Shown here: in pieces, positions 36,544-45,772 of the stretch
Position numbering within the stretch: the stretch's first letter is position 1
Layout: each line of letters starts with the position of its first letter
Source of the DNA: Elusimicrobiales bacterium
GTDB lineage: Bacteria > Elusimicrobiota > Elusimicrobia > Elusimicrobiales > UBA9959
Assembly (NCBI GenBank): GCA_036170455.1
Contig: JAVHPG010000233.1
Location: 1 to 57,147 of the forward strand
Length of the DNA: 57,147 nt
Reading direction: 5' to 3'
Translations under genes and position numbers: made by a program
The notes under the pieces: model-generated
The model's database searches: none
What the model was told of the DNA's origin: nothing
Seen by the model: only the letters and a program-made list of their open reading frames with translations

Positions 36544-39147
36544 ATGAAACTTATGGAGAAAACCCGGGCAAAAGACTCCAGAGAAAAATGGCTTTTCTAC
36601 GGCGCCTCGGCCGCGGCCGCCGCGCTTGCGGCCCGCGCCTTTCTGGGCAGCGCACCCGCCTCGGTGCAGAACTTCGCTTATTACGCCGACCGCGGCGAAC
36701 TACTTTTCCACGCCGTAAGCAGCAAAGCCATAAGCTACAGCATGCCGCTCCTGAGCCTCCTGGTTTCGGCCGCCGGGCACTTCTTTTTCGACCCGGCCCT
36801 GCCGGCCGGGGCCGCAGCCTTGCTTCTGTGTTTCGCGTCCTACGGCCTGGGAGCGCGGGGCGGGGGGCGGGCAAGAGGGGCTCTTTTCGCCTTTGCCGCG
36901 GCCGCCGCCACGCTCACCTGCGCAGCCCCGGAGGCCGAACAGGTGCTCTACTCTCTTTTCCTGCTGGTTTACCTGAGCCTGGAGTTCAGGCGGCAGGCGG
37001 ACGAAGGCCTCTCCTCCTCGGCAGCGGCCGGCCTTGCCGCCGGCGCTTCCATGCTCATCCGCTCGCCGCTCTTCGCTTTCCCGCCGCTTGCGGTATTGTT
37101 CCGGCGCCTCCTGCCCGGGCGCAAAACAGGCTGGCTGGCCGCCGCCGCCCTGTTCCTGGTCTGCGCCTATCTGCCGCTTGCGCCCTGGGCGCGGCTGAAC
37201 CATATTTTATTCGGGCGGCTGATAATTTTCGAGGAAGAGCGCTCTACCTGCAATATCATCACCGGGGCCAGCGGCATAGTCTATACCATAGAGGGCGACG
37301 CCCGCGCTTTCGCCGGGCTGTCCCGTACGGAAAGCGTTTATCCCTGGGCGATAAGAACGGTCCTTGAAAACCCGGGCCGCTACGCGTTTTCCGTGGCCAG
37401 GCGCGCCTGGCGCGTCTTCCTGATGTTCCCGCTTCTCTTCCTCCTCGCGGGCGCGGGTTTTTTCTTAAGCCGTAAAGACCCGCTTGCGCGGCTGCTGGCT
37501 TTCTTCAGTTCGTACTTTATCCTTATCCACTGCCTGCTTTCGGTGGAGGAGCGGTATTTTTACCCGCTGCGTTATGCGCTGGCTTTGCTTGCGGCTGGAG
37601 GCGCCTGGGAGCTCGCGAGGAGGGCGGGGGCGGCTTCGGAAGAGCGGGGCCGGGATTATTTCACCCTCCCGCTATTCGCGCTGGTCCTGGCCGCGGCGGC
37701 CGGGACCCTCGGCGTGGTCTGGCGCTATCCGGGCGCGGCGAAGCCCGCCCTTATCGCAGTGAACCGGGAACTTGAAAACTACCGCTCCGACGCCTGGCTG
37801 CACAGGAAAAAAGGGGAAATATTGCTCTCGCTCGACCTTACCCGTGAAGGGCTGGATTCCTTTGAGGCGGCCTGCGCGGTTTCCGGCGCGCGGGACCTTT
37901 GCTATATTTCCTCGGCCATGAAGTCCCCGGCGCCGCAGGACCCGCCGCCGCTTGAAAATTATTACGAGCTGCAGCTGGTCAAGCTCATGCGCGAGCTTGA
38001 ACTTGGCCGGGAAGCGGCGGCAAAGGAAACCCTGGCCGCGGCCCTGGAAAACTGGCGGGGAGAAAAAAACTCGATAAAAGGCGTGCAGTTCAAAGAGGAC
38101 GAAAACAATCTGGCGCGGATAAAAGAAAGCAACAAGACTTTCTGGGACATGGACCTGGTGAATGCGCTGACCTATCTGCCGCCGGAGAAGCGCGCCGGGG
38201 CCCTTGCCCTGCTTTCGCGGTTCACTCCCCTGACGCCCAAGCTGCGCGCGATCTGGCTGAGGAATAAAACAACGTTATCGGCGTCTGAAAAGAGCGAGAA
38301 GGAAGAACTGCGGGTGAAATTAGGCATGGAGCTTCCCGAAGCTGAATTTGAATGGGGCGGCACCGCGCGGGCCCTGGCCGCGGAACTTCTCGGGGGGCCG
38401 CGCGGCCCGGCGGGGGCGGGCGGCGAGCTTGGGCTGCTGCTGGGCCTGGGGCTGGAGCCGGAGGAACTGGTTTCGGTTTTCGACACCCATTGCGGGGAGT
38501 GCGCCGGCCCCGCGGTAAAAGCCGCGGCCCGCGCTTACCTCTCCGGCGGGAAAGACCGGGTAAAGGAAGCGCGCAAGCTGGCGGCGGCGAACCCCGGCAA
38601 CTTCGCTTATGCCCTGGCGCTGCTTAAAAGCGAGGATTTCAGCCCGGAGGCGCTTAAAGCGGCCGGCGAAAACCTGAAAGACCACCCTTATCCCCTCGCG
38701 GCGGGGGCCCTGGCCTGGGCGCAAAAAGGCGGCCGCAAGGAAGCCGTAACCCTGGCCAGGGCGGCGGCCCTTACGAATAAACTGGATAAAAACGGCTGGA
38801 GCCTGGCCCTGCTCGCGGCGCAGGAGGCGGGAGATTACAAGACCGGTCTGGAGATAGCCGGCCTGGCCTTGCGCCAAAACCCAGGTTCCTCGCTGCTGCT
38901 CAATGACCGCGGGGTTCTGCGTAGCCTCTCCGGCGACGCCACGGGAGCGGGCAAGGATTTCGAGGCGGCGGTCGCGGCCGACTCTCTGAATTTCTCTGCG
39001 CTTATGAACCTGGGCGCTTCGCTTGAAAGAGCGGCGGAAAAAGAAAAAGCGGCGCAGGCCTACGGCAGGGCGCTCGGGGCCGCGCGCCCGGGTACGGAGA
39101 AGCTGGACGCGGAGCAGGCGCTTTCCAGGGTGGGAAAAGCTCAATGA
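36544..39147 (+). CDS. polytopic membrane protein (GT-C/ArnT-like?) with C-terminal TPR repeats
   Basis: 867 aa. About 10 TM helices in the first 400 aa, then a helical repeat region. The glycosyltransferase assignment is tentative. Confidence 0.7.
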   Translation: MKLMEKTRAKDSREKWLFYGASAAAAALAARAFLGSAPASVQNFAYYADRGELLFHAVSSKAISYSMPLLSLLVSAAGHFFFDPALPAGAAALLLCFASYGLGARGGGRARGALFAFAAAAATLTCAAPEAEQVLYSLFLLVYLSLEFRRQADEGLSSSAAAGLAAGASMLIRSPLFAFPPLAVLFRRLLPGRKTGWLAAAALFLVCAYLPLAPWARLNHILFGRLIIFEEERSTCNIITGASGIVYTIEGDARAFAGLSRTESVYPWAIRTVLENPGRYAFSVARRAWRVFLMFPLLFLLAGAGFFLSRKDPLARLLAFFSSYFILIHCLLSVEERYFYPLRYALALLAAGGAWELARRAGAASEERGRDYFTLPLFALVLAAAAGTLGVVWRYPGAAKPALIAVNRELENYRSDAWLHRKKGEILLSLDLTREGLDSFEAACAVSGARDLCYISSAMKSPAPQDPPPLENYYELQLVKLMRELELGREAAAKETLAAALENWRGEKNSIKGVQFKEDENNLARIKESNKTFWDMDLVNALTYLPPEKRAGALALLSRFTPLTPKLRAIWLRNKTTLSASEKSEKEELRVKLGMELPEAEFEWGGTARALAAELLGGPRGPAGAGGELGLLLGLGLEPEELVSVFDTHCGECAGPAVKAAARAYLSGGKDRVKEARKLAAANPGNFAYALALLKSEDFSPEALKAAGENLKDHPYPLAAGALAWAQKGGRKEAVTLARAAALTNKLDKNGWSLALLAAQEAGDYKTGLEIAGLALRQNPGSSLLLNDRGVLRSLSGDATGAGKDFEAAVAADSLNFSALMNLGASLERAAEKEKAAQAYGRALGAARPGTEKLDAEQALSRVGKAQ

Positions 39148-39195
39148 AATGTTTGTATAATATAGCCTAGGGACAGAGATTTCCAGGAGGGTACA

Positions 39196-39729
39196 ATGAA
39201 CAAAATTATTCTTGCGGCGGTCTGCGGCCTTTTCGCCGCCAACCTCAGCGCGGCGGAAAAACTTAATTTCACCGACGCTTCTTTCGCCAAACAGCTCAGC
39301 GCGGTAACCGCGGCGCCCGAAGCGCAGCTCCCCGAGGCCTCCAAGCCCGCCAGGGCGAAAGCCGGCCGCTACGTCCAGGTTTCCGGCTACGTGAACCTCA
39401 CCGGCAACGGCTTCATTTCCGGCCCCGCCGGCGGCTATACCTCGGTCCCGCTCAGCGGCTGGGCCTCCTTCAGGGACTCCAGCGGCGAGGTGACCAGCAA
39501 CAACTCTTACATCAACGTCTACGCCTCGATGTGGATCTACCCCAACCAGTACGTCATGCAGACCGTCTGGCCCAATATCTACGCGCAGTTCTCCTATAAA
39601 GGTAAGCCCGTAGGCTCCGCCAATATGACCGGCAGCGTCTCGGTCTCCGGCTTCCCGAGCGGGAACTTCGTTTCGCTCAACGGCTCGGGCTATCTCAGCG
39701 GCTCGATCTACGTAGAAGACCAGCCTTAA
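39196..39729 (+). CDS. secreted hypothetical protein
   Basis: Signal peptide MNKIILAAVCGLFAANLSAA, GGAGG SD, and a terminator downstream. Confidence 0.7.
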   Translation: MNKIILAAVCGLFAANLSAAEKLNFTDASFAKQLSAVTAAPEAQLPEASKPARAKAGRYVQVSGYVNLTGNGFISGPAGGYTSVPLSGWASFRDSSGEVTSNNSYINVYASMWIYPNQYVMQTVWPNIYAQFSYKGKPVGSANMTGSVSVSGFPSGNFVSLNGSGYLSGSIYVEDQP

Positions 39730-39762
39730 CAGGTTCCGCGCCGCGCAGGGCACAAGAAAAAT

Positions 39763-39792
39763 GGCGGCTTTAAAAGGCCGCCGTTTTTATTT
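39763..39792 (+). terminator. rho-independent terminator
   Basis: GGCGGC/GCCGCC stem followed by GTTTTTATTT. Confidence 0.75.
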
Positions 39793-39803
39793 AAGGACCG
39801 ACC

Positions 39804-40703
39804 ATGAAACTACTCGAAGGCAAGACCCTTTCGGCTGAAATACTCGGCGCCCTGCCGGCGCGCATCGACGCGGTGAAGGCCCGCCTGGAGCGCCCGCCGT
39901 CGCTGGCCATCATAAACTATTTCGCGGACTCTCCCTCGGCTGTGTACGTGAAGAGGAAGATAACCGCCTGCGAAAAGCTCGGCATCTCCGTGAAGCTGTT
40001 CGCCCCGAAGCCGGAGGAAGGCTACCCGGCCTTCAAGGCGCTGCTGGCAAGGCTGGGGGCGGACCCCGCCTACGACGCTATCATGATAGAGCGGCCCCTG
40101 CCCGACGGCTTCGAGACGCTGGAGACCTGGGACGCCCTGCCCGCCGCGAAGGACGTGGACGGGCTCTCCACGCTCAATATGGGCCGGCTTTTCCTGGCTA
40201 AAAAATTCTCCGAGGTGGAAGGGGGCGGCTACTTCTCTCCCTGCACGGCCCTGGCCGTGATCCGCCTGATGAAATTCCACGGGATAAACCCTTCGGGTAT
40301 GAATATAGCGGTCGCCGGTCGCTCCGCCGTGGTGGGCCGGCCGCTGGCGCAGATGCTTACCGCGCTGGACGCGACGGTGACGATGTGCCATACGCGCACG
40401 AAAAATACGGCGGAGATCTTCAAGCGCGCCGACCTGGTGATAACCGCGGTGGGAAAAGCGAAATGGCTCAAGAAAGACCTGCTCCCGCCCGGCGCCACGG
40501 TCATAGACGTGGGCACCAATTTCGACGAGAACGGGAAGATGTGCGGCGACGCGGACTTCGAGGGCATAAAAGACGGCGCCGCGGCCGTTTCCCCCGTGCC
40601 CGGCGGCGTGGGCCCGGTCACGCTGGCCTGCCTGATAGAAGCTTCCGTGAGGGCCGCCGAGCTGGCCGTCAAAACGGAGAAAAGAGGAATAATACTCACA
40701 TGA
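39804..40703 (+). CDS. folD: bifunctional methylenetetrahydrofolate dehydrogenase/cyclohydrolase
   Basis: YVKRKITACEKLGI, VVGRSAVVGRPLAQML and PVPGGVGPVT motifs. Confidence 0.92.
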   Translation: MKLLEGKTLSAEILGALPARIDAVKARLERPPSLAIINYFADSPSAVYVKRKITACEKLGISVKLFAPKPEEGYPAFKALLARLGADPAYDAIMIERPLPDGFETLETWDALPAAKDVDGLSTLNMGRLFLAKKFSEVEGGGYFSPCTALAVIRLMKFHGINPSGMNIAVAGRSAVVGRPLAQMLTALDATVTMCHTRTKNTAEIFKRADLVITAVGKAKWLKKDLLPPGATVIDVGTNFDENGKMCGDADFEGIKDGAAAVSPVPGGVGPVTLACLIEASVRAAELAVKTEKRGIILT

Positions 40704-41122
40704 AAATAATGCTTAAAATTATTATCGCGCTGCTGCTGCCGGCGGCGCTCAGCCTGCCTGTCTTTGCCCAGGACGAAGAGGGCGCCGCGCCTCCGGAAGG
40801 GGCAACCACTACGGAAAGCGACGTCAGGCCCATGGTAAAACCCGCGGCCAAGCCGGCGGCGAAGCCCGCGGCTAAAAAACCGGCCCCGAAGAAGAAGCCG
40901 GCGAAGAAAAAGAAGAAGCCAGTCAAACCCGTATCGGAATACAAGTTCACCTCCGCGGACGCCGTGCAGACCTATAAATTCGACAAAAAGGCGAACCCGA
41001 TAGTAAAAGCCCCGCGGAAGAAAAAAGGCGCCGCCAAGCCGGCCGCCAAAAAACCGGCCGGAGACGATTCAAAATACATAAAGGAAGAAAGCGCTACGAA
41101 GCCGCCGGAGGAGGGACAGTAA
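40700..41122 (+). CDS. secreted Lys/Pro/Ala-rich polycationic protein
   Basis: ATGA overlap with the folD stop. Signal peptide MKIMLKIIIALLLPAALSLPVFA, then KPAAKPAAKPAAKKPAPKKKPAKKKKKPVKP. The track ORF starts earlier at 40385, inside folD. Confidence 0.6.
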   Translation: MKIMLKIIIALLLPAALSLPVFAQDEEGAAPPEGATTTESDVRPMVKPAAKPAAKPAAKKPAPKKKPAKKKKKPVKPVSEYKFTSADAVQTYKFDKKANPIVKAPRKKKGAAKPAAKKPAGDDSKYIKEESATKPPEEGQ

Positions 41123-41607
41123 TGGCCGACCTGCTGGTCAAGCTTTACGACCTGCCGGCGTCAGCGCAGGCGCTTGAAAAACTGCGCGAAGACGGGATAG
41201 AGATACGCCGCGCCATAGGCCCCGAGAAGCACGCCGTAGTGGAATGGGCCGAAAAGAAATTTTCCCGCGCCTGGGCTTCCGAGTGCGACGTTGCTCTTTC
41301 GGCGCAGCCGGTAACCTGCTTCATAGCCGTAAAGGAAAAGCAGATAATCGGCTTCGCCTGCTACGATTCCACCCTGAAAGGCTTCTTCGGGCCTATCGGC
41401 GTGGACGAGAGCGTAAAAAAGAAGGGCCTGGGTAAAGCGCTTCTGATACGCACGCTGGAAGCGATGCGGGACGCGGGCTACGGCTACGCCGCCATCGGCT
41501 GGGCCGGGCCGGTGGAATTTTTCAGGAAGGCCGTCGGCGCCACTGTCATCGAGGGCTCGGAGCCCGGGGTTTATAAAAACCTGGTAAAAGCCGGGCCGAG
41601 GCAATAG
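41122..41607 (+). CDS. GNAT family N-acetyltransferase
   Basis: GPIGVDESVKKKGLGKALL acetyl-CoA binding pattern. Confidence 0.78.
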   Translation: MADLLVKLYDLPASAQALEKLREDGIEIRRAIGPEKHAVVEWAEKKFSRAWASECDVALSAQPVTCFIAVKEKQIIGFACYDSTLKGFFGPIGVDESVKKKGLGKALLIRTLEAMRDAGYGYAAIGWAGPVEFFRKAVGATVIEGSEPGVYKNLVKAGPRQ

Positions 41608-41619
41608 GCGGCCGCGCCC

Positions 41620-42369
41620 ATGAAAGTCCCGCACGAGTGGCATAAAGATTTTTTCAGGAACTCTTTCTACAACCCCGCCTCCCCGGCGGCGGTGGAGCAT
41701 GCCCCGGCCGAGGCGGTTTTTATCCTGAAGCAGCTTAAATTGAAAAAAGGTTCCGCCCTGCTCGACCTGTGCTGCGGCCCCGGGCGTCACGCCGTGGAGT
41801 TCGCCAGAAAGGGCCTGGCCGTCACCGGCTGTGATTTTTCCGCGGAGTACCTGAAGGAAGCCGCGGAGCGCGCGAAGAAAAACAAGGTTTCATTGCGCCT
41901 TCTGCGCGGCGATATGCGCCGGCTGCCGTTCCGCGGCGAGTTCGACGCCGCCGTTAACCTGTTCACCAGCTTCGGCTATTTCCAGAAATTTTCGGACGAC
42001 CTTAAAACCCTCAAAGGCGTGGCGGCGGCGCTGAAGCCCGGGGGACTCTTCCTCCTCGACGTAATTCACGGCGCTTTTGTCCGGGAAAATTTCCGCAGGC
42101 GCGACTGGCTGGAGATGGAGGACTATTACCACCTCGAGGAGGTCGAGGCCGTAAAAGACGGCGTGTTCACCACCTGGACGAGGATAGAAAAGAAAGGCGG
42201 GAAGGTTCAAGAGCGCAGCTTTTTCAGCCGGCTGTACGATAAAAAAAAGATCAGTTCCGCTCTCGGTGAGGCCGGCCTTAAGCCCCTGAAATTCTGGGGC
42301 GGCTTCAGCGGCTGCCCGCTCACTTCTAAAACCAACCGGCTTATAGTCCTGGCCAGGAAGGTCCGATGA
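41620..42369 (+). CDS. class I SAM-dependent methyltransferase
   Basis: Motif I LLDLCCGPGRH and motif post-I/II spacing. Confidence 0.82.
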   Translation: MKVPHEWHKDFFRNSFYNPASPAAVEHAPAEAVFILKQLKLKKGSALLDLCCGPGRHAVEFARKGLAVTGCDFSAEYLKEAAERAKKNKVSLRLLRGDMRRLPFRGEFDAAVNLFTSFGYFQKFSDDLKTLKGVAAALKPGGLFLLDVIHGAFVRENFRRRDWLEMEDYYHLEEVEAVKDGVFTTWTRIEKKGGKVQERSFFSRLYDKKKISSALGEAGLKPLKFWGGFSGCPLTSKTNRLIVLARKVR

Positions 42370-43127
42370 AAACCCCGGAAGCGCCGGGCTTCAAGATAAT
42401 CGGAGTGCTGGAATCATGTTTCCAGGAAAAATTCGGCACGCCGCGCCAGCCCCACCTGGTCCCGGGCTCCTTCGCCAAACTTAAGATCTATCCTCAGTTC
42501 TCGCCGGAGCATTCCCTGGCCGGGCTGGCCGAATTCAGCCATGTCTGGCTGCTCTCCTGGTTCCACCTCAGCACGAACAAGACCTTCCACCCCAAGATCC
42601 ACCCGCCCCGGCTCAAGGGCGGGAAGATCGGCGTTTTTGCCTCGCGCTCTCCGCACCGCCCCAATCCGGTCGGGCTCTCCCTGACCAAACTCGAGCGCGT
42701 GGAAAAAGATACGCTCTATCTCTCGGGGATAGACCTTATCAGCGGCACGCCGATCCTGGACGTAAAACCCTATTTGCCGATCAGCGATATCGCCGCCAAC
42801 CCGCTCTCCGGCTGGGTTCCGCTCAACACTTTTCCCGAATTAAAAGTGGAGTTTTCCGACCGGGCCCTCAAGGACCTTGAGAAGCTGGACCCGCCTGGGC
42901 TGCGGGAGATTCCCCGGCTGATAGCGGACACGCTCCGCCACGACCCCCGCAATATGCGGGACCGGACCCAGATGAAGGACGGCGCGGAGCTCGCTTTTTT
43001 CATGCTGAACCGGGAAATAAAGTTTTCGGTCACCGGCAACACGGCCACCGTCACCGGCGTGGAAGCCGCCGTCCCCTTCGACAAGAAATTCCGCAGGGAA
43101 AAGCCCGGCAGCCGCCGCGAGCTGTAA
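42366..43127 (+). CDS. trmO: tRNA (t6A37) methyltransferase TrmO/TsaA family
   Basis: GTPRQP, SHVWLLSWFH, SRSPHRPNPVGL and ILDVKPY motifs. Confidence 0.85.
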   Translation: MKTPEAPGFKIIGVLESCFQEKFGTPRQPHLVPGSFAKLKIYPQFSPEHSLAGLAEFSHVWLLSWFHLSTNKTFHPKIHPPRLKGGKIGVFASRSPHRPNPVGLSLTKLERVEKDTLYLSGIDLISGTPILDVKPYLPISDIAANPLSGWVPLNTFPELKVEFSDRALKDLEKLDPPGLREIPRLIADTLRHDPRNMRDRTQMKDGAELAFFMLNREIKFSVTGNTATVTGVEAAVPFDKKFRREKPGSRREL

Positions 43128-43202
43128 TTGAAAACCAAATAAATATAAAGTAACATCAAATTACGGCGGGTTTACCGCCGGGCAAGAGATAAGTCCGGAA
43201 TT

Positions 43203-44642
43203 ATGCTGAAAATTCAATACCTGCAGGACTTGAGGGCGAGGATAACCGCCAAAAAGAACGCTATCGCCCAGGAAAGGGAGACCTGGCAGTCCGGCAACAC
43301 CTATTACTATTCCCAGATCCTGAATTCCCTCAAATTCTTCATCCCGGCCGGCTCCTCGGTGCTGCATATCAACTGCGGCACCGGCTTCATCCTGGAAAGG
43401 CTCGCCCCGTCCCGCGGGGTAGGCGTCGACGACGGCGCGGCGCAGATAGAGAAAGCGAGCCAGAAGAAGCTCAAGAACCTGGCCTTTCTCTGCCAGAACC
43501 CGGAGGAGCTTAAGCTGGAAACGCCGGAAGCCTTCGATTATATCCTCGTCTCGACGATAGAGGAACTCGTGGACATCAAGGCCGTCCTGGATTCCGTCTC
43601 GAAATACGCCGATAACCATACCCGGATAATCCTCACGAACTACAACTATCTCTGGAACCCGCTGGTGAACCTCGCCGAAAAGCTGAAGCTGAAATATCCC
43701 CAGGAGCTGCATAACTGGGTTTCTCCCAAGGATATGGACGATTTCTTAAGGCTGTCCGGGCTCGACGTCATCGCTACCGACAGCATCGTGCTTTGTCCCT
43801 ATTATATACCGCTGGTCTCGTGGCTGCTCAACAGGTTCGCGGCCAGGCTGCCTTTTTTCAACAATTTCCCCATGATCCAGCTTTCCTTCGCCAGGAAGAC
43901 GCCGCAGCTGAAAGACCCGGGGGAGTATTCCATCTCCGTGGTCGTCCCCTGCCGGAACGAAGTCGGGAATATCCAGAACGCCGTAGAGCGGATCCCCGCG
44001 ATGGGGAAGCACACTGAAATTATTTTCTGCGACGACAAATCCACGGACGGTACGCCGGAGAAAGTCAGGGAAATGATAAAGAAATATCCCGAAAAAGACA
44101 TCAAGCTGGTGGCCGGCCCCGGGATCTGCAAAGCGAGGAACGTGTGGGCCGGCTTCGACAGCGCCGCCGGGGATATCCTGCTGATCCTGGACGCCGACCT
44201 TTCCGTCGTCCCCGAGGAACTGCCCTATTTCTTCGAGGCCATCACCAAAGGCTACGGCGAGTTCATCAACGGCTCGCGCCTGGTCTACCCCATGCGCGAC
44301 GGCGCGATGAGATTCCTGAACGTCCTCGGCAATAAGTTCTTTTCGATGCTTTTCTCGTTCATCCTGGACATACCGCTGAAAGACACCCTCTGCGGGACCA
44401 AGGTCCTCTGGCGGACCGATTACCTTAATAAAGTAAAACCCCGCCGCGGTACCTGGGGCGAGGACCGCTGGGGCGATTACGATTTGATCTTCGGCGCCGC
44501 GAAGAACCTGAAGATAATAGAATTGCCCGTTCACTATATGGACAGGACCTACGGCGAAACCAAGATGACGGGCCGGTTCAGGAACGGCTGGATCATGCTG
44601 AAGATGTGCCAGCAGTCGATGTTCAAGACCAAATTCCACTAG
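43203..44642 (+). CDS. bifunctional SAM methyltransferase / family 2 glycosyltransferase
   Basis: The N-terminal half has VLHINCGTG. The C-terminal half has SVVVPCRNE, FCDDKSTDGT and LILDADL (DxD) motifs. Confidence 0.85.
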   Translation: MLKIQYLQDLRARITAKKNAIAQERETWQSGNTYYYSQILNSLKFFIPAGSSVLHINCGTGFILERLAPSRGVGVDDGAAQIEKASQKKLKNLAFLCQNPEELKLETPEAFDYILVSTIEELVDIKAVLDSVSKYADNHTRIILTNYNYLWNPLVNLAEKLKLKYPQELHNWVSPKDMDDFLRLSGLDVIATDSIVLCPYYIPLVSWLLNRFAARLPFFNNFPMIQLSFARKTPQLKDPGEYSISVVVPCRNEVGNIQNAVERIPAMGKHTEIIFCDDKSTDGTPEKVREMIKKYPEKDIKLVAGPGICKARNVWAGFDSAAGDILLILDADLSVVPEELPYFFEAITKGYGEFINGSRLVYPMRDGAMRFLNVLGNKFFSMLFSFILDIPLKDTLCGTKVLWRTDYLNKVKPRRGTWGEDRWGDYDLIFGAAKNLKIIELPVHYMDRTYGETKMTGRFRNGWIMLKMCQQSMFKTKFH

Positions 44643-44654
44643 GAAGGACAGAGC

Positions 44655-45707
44655 ATGAAAATACTTGTGACGGGCTCCAGCGGTTTGATCGGCAGCGAGG
44701 TGGTCTCTTATTTCTCCGAAAAAGGCCATGCAATCTACGGCATAGATAATAATATGCGCGCGGATTTCTTCGGCCCAGGCGGCGACACCAGCTGGCGGCA
44801 GAAAGAACTGAGCGGCAAGTATCCCAAATTCAAGCATTCCTCCATAGACATCAGGGACCGGGCCGCGGTGCTGAAATGCCTGGAAGAGATCAAGCCGGAA
44901 GCCATAGTGCACACCGCCGCCCAGCCCAGCCATGACCTGGCCGCCTCAAGGCCTTTCGACGATTTCGACGTGAACGCGGTGGGGACGCTGAATTTGCTGG
45001 AGGCCACCCGGCGCCATGTGCCGGAAGCGGTCTTCGTCTATACTTCCACCAATAAGGTCTACGGGGACGCGCCCAACAGAATAAAGCTGAAAGAGCTTGA
45101 GAAGCGCTGGGAATACGACGACGAGAAGTACAGGAACGGCATCGCCGAGGATTTCACTATCGACCAGTCCAAACATTCTATCTTCGGCGCCTCCAAGGCG
45201 GCCGCGGATATCATGGTGCAGGAATACGGCAGGTACTTCTCGATGAAGACCTGCTGTTTCAGGGGCGGCTGCCTGACCGGGCCTAATCATTCCGGTGTAG
45301 AGCTCCACGGTTTTTTAAGCTACCTTATAAAAGTGAATTTGGAAGGCCGGGTTTATAAAGTGTTCGGCTATAAAGGAAAGCAGGTGCGGGACAATATCCA
45401 TTCTCTTGACGTGACCAGGCTGATAGAGATGGTCATCGCAAAACCCAGGATAGGTGAAGTGTATAATCTCGGCGGCGGCCGCGGGAATTCATGCTCCATC
45501 CTTGAAGCTTTCGGGATTATCGAGGGGATAACCGGCAAAAAGATGAACTACGAGTACTTGGAGAAGAACCGCGAGGGCGACCATATCTGCTATATCTCCG
45601 ACCTGCACAAGATAAAGAGCCATTACCCTAAATGGGATATCTCGGTTCCCCTGCCCCAAATATTCGGGGAAATAGCCGGGGCCTGGCGGAAGCGCGGACT
45701 TAAATAA
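44655..45707 (+). CDS. NAD-dependent epimerase/dehydratase (extended SDR)
   Basis: [22 protein letters not shown] catalytic YxxxK. Confidence 0.87.
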   Translation: MKILVTGSSGLIGSEVVSYFSEKGHAIYGIDNNMRADFFGPGGDTSWRQKELSGKYPKFKHSSIDIRDRAAVLKCLEEIKPEAIVHTAAQPSHDLAASRPFDDFDVNAVGTLNLLEATRRHVPEAVFVYTSTNKVYGDAPNRIKLKELEKRWEYDDEKYRNGIAEDFTIDQSKHSIFGASKAAADIMVQEYGRYFSMKTCCFRGGCLTGPNHSGVELHGFLSYLIKVNLEGRVYKVFGYKGKQVRDNIHSLDVTRLIEMVIAKPRIGEVYNLGGGRGNSCSILEAFGIIEGITGKKMNYEYLEKNREGDHICYISDLHKIKSHYPKWDISVPLPQIFGEIAGAWRKRGLK

Positions 45708-45717
45708 ACTGTTCAGG

Positions 45718-45758
45718 CAAAAGAAAGACCCGCCGGTAACCGGCGGGTCTTTCTTTTG
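45718..45758. terminator. bidirectional rho-independent terminator
   Basis: Perfect 19-bp stem (45718-45736 / 45740-45758) with a 3-nt loop, ending in T runs in both orientations. Confidence 0.85.
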
Positions 45759-45772
45759 TTTCAGGGCTTTGA

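Noticed and set aside
35520-37367. 615-aa plus-strand ORF
   Set aside because: Its first half is antisense to the Fe-S flavoprotein gene, and its second half is out of frame with the 36544 membrane/TPR gene. The Arg/Gly/Pro-rich translation is an artefact.
38320-39753. 477-aa minus-strand ORF
   Set aside because: It is antisense to the TPR region and to the 39196 secreted-protein gene, both of which have good starts, and the latter has an SD and a terminator.
43746-44933. 395-aa minus-strand ORF
   Set aside because: It is antisense to the GT2 domain, which has clear DxD and CRNE motifs.
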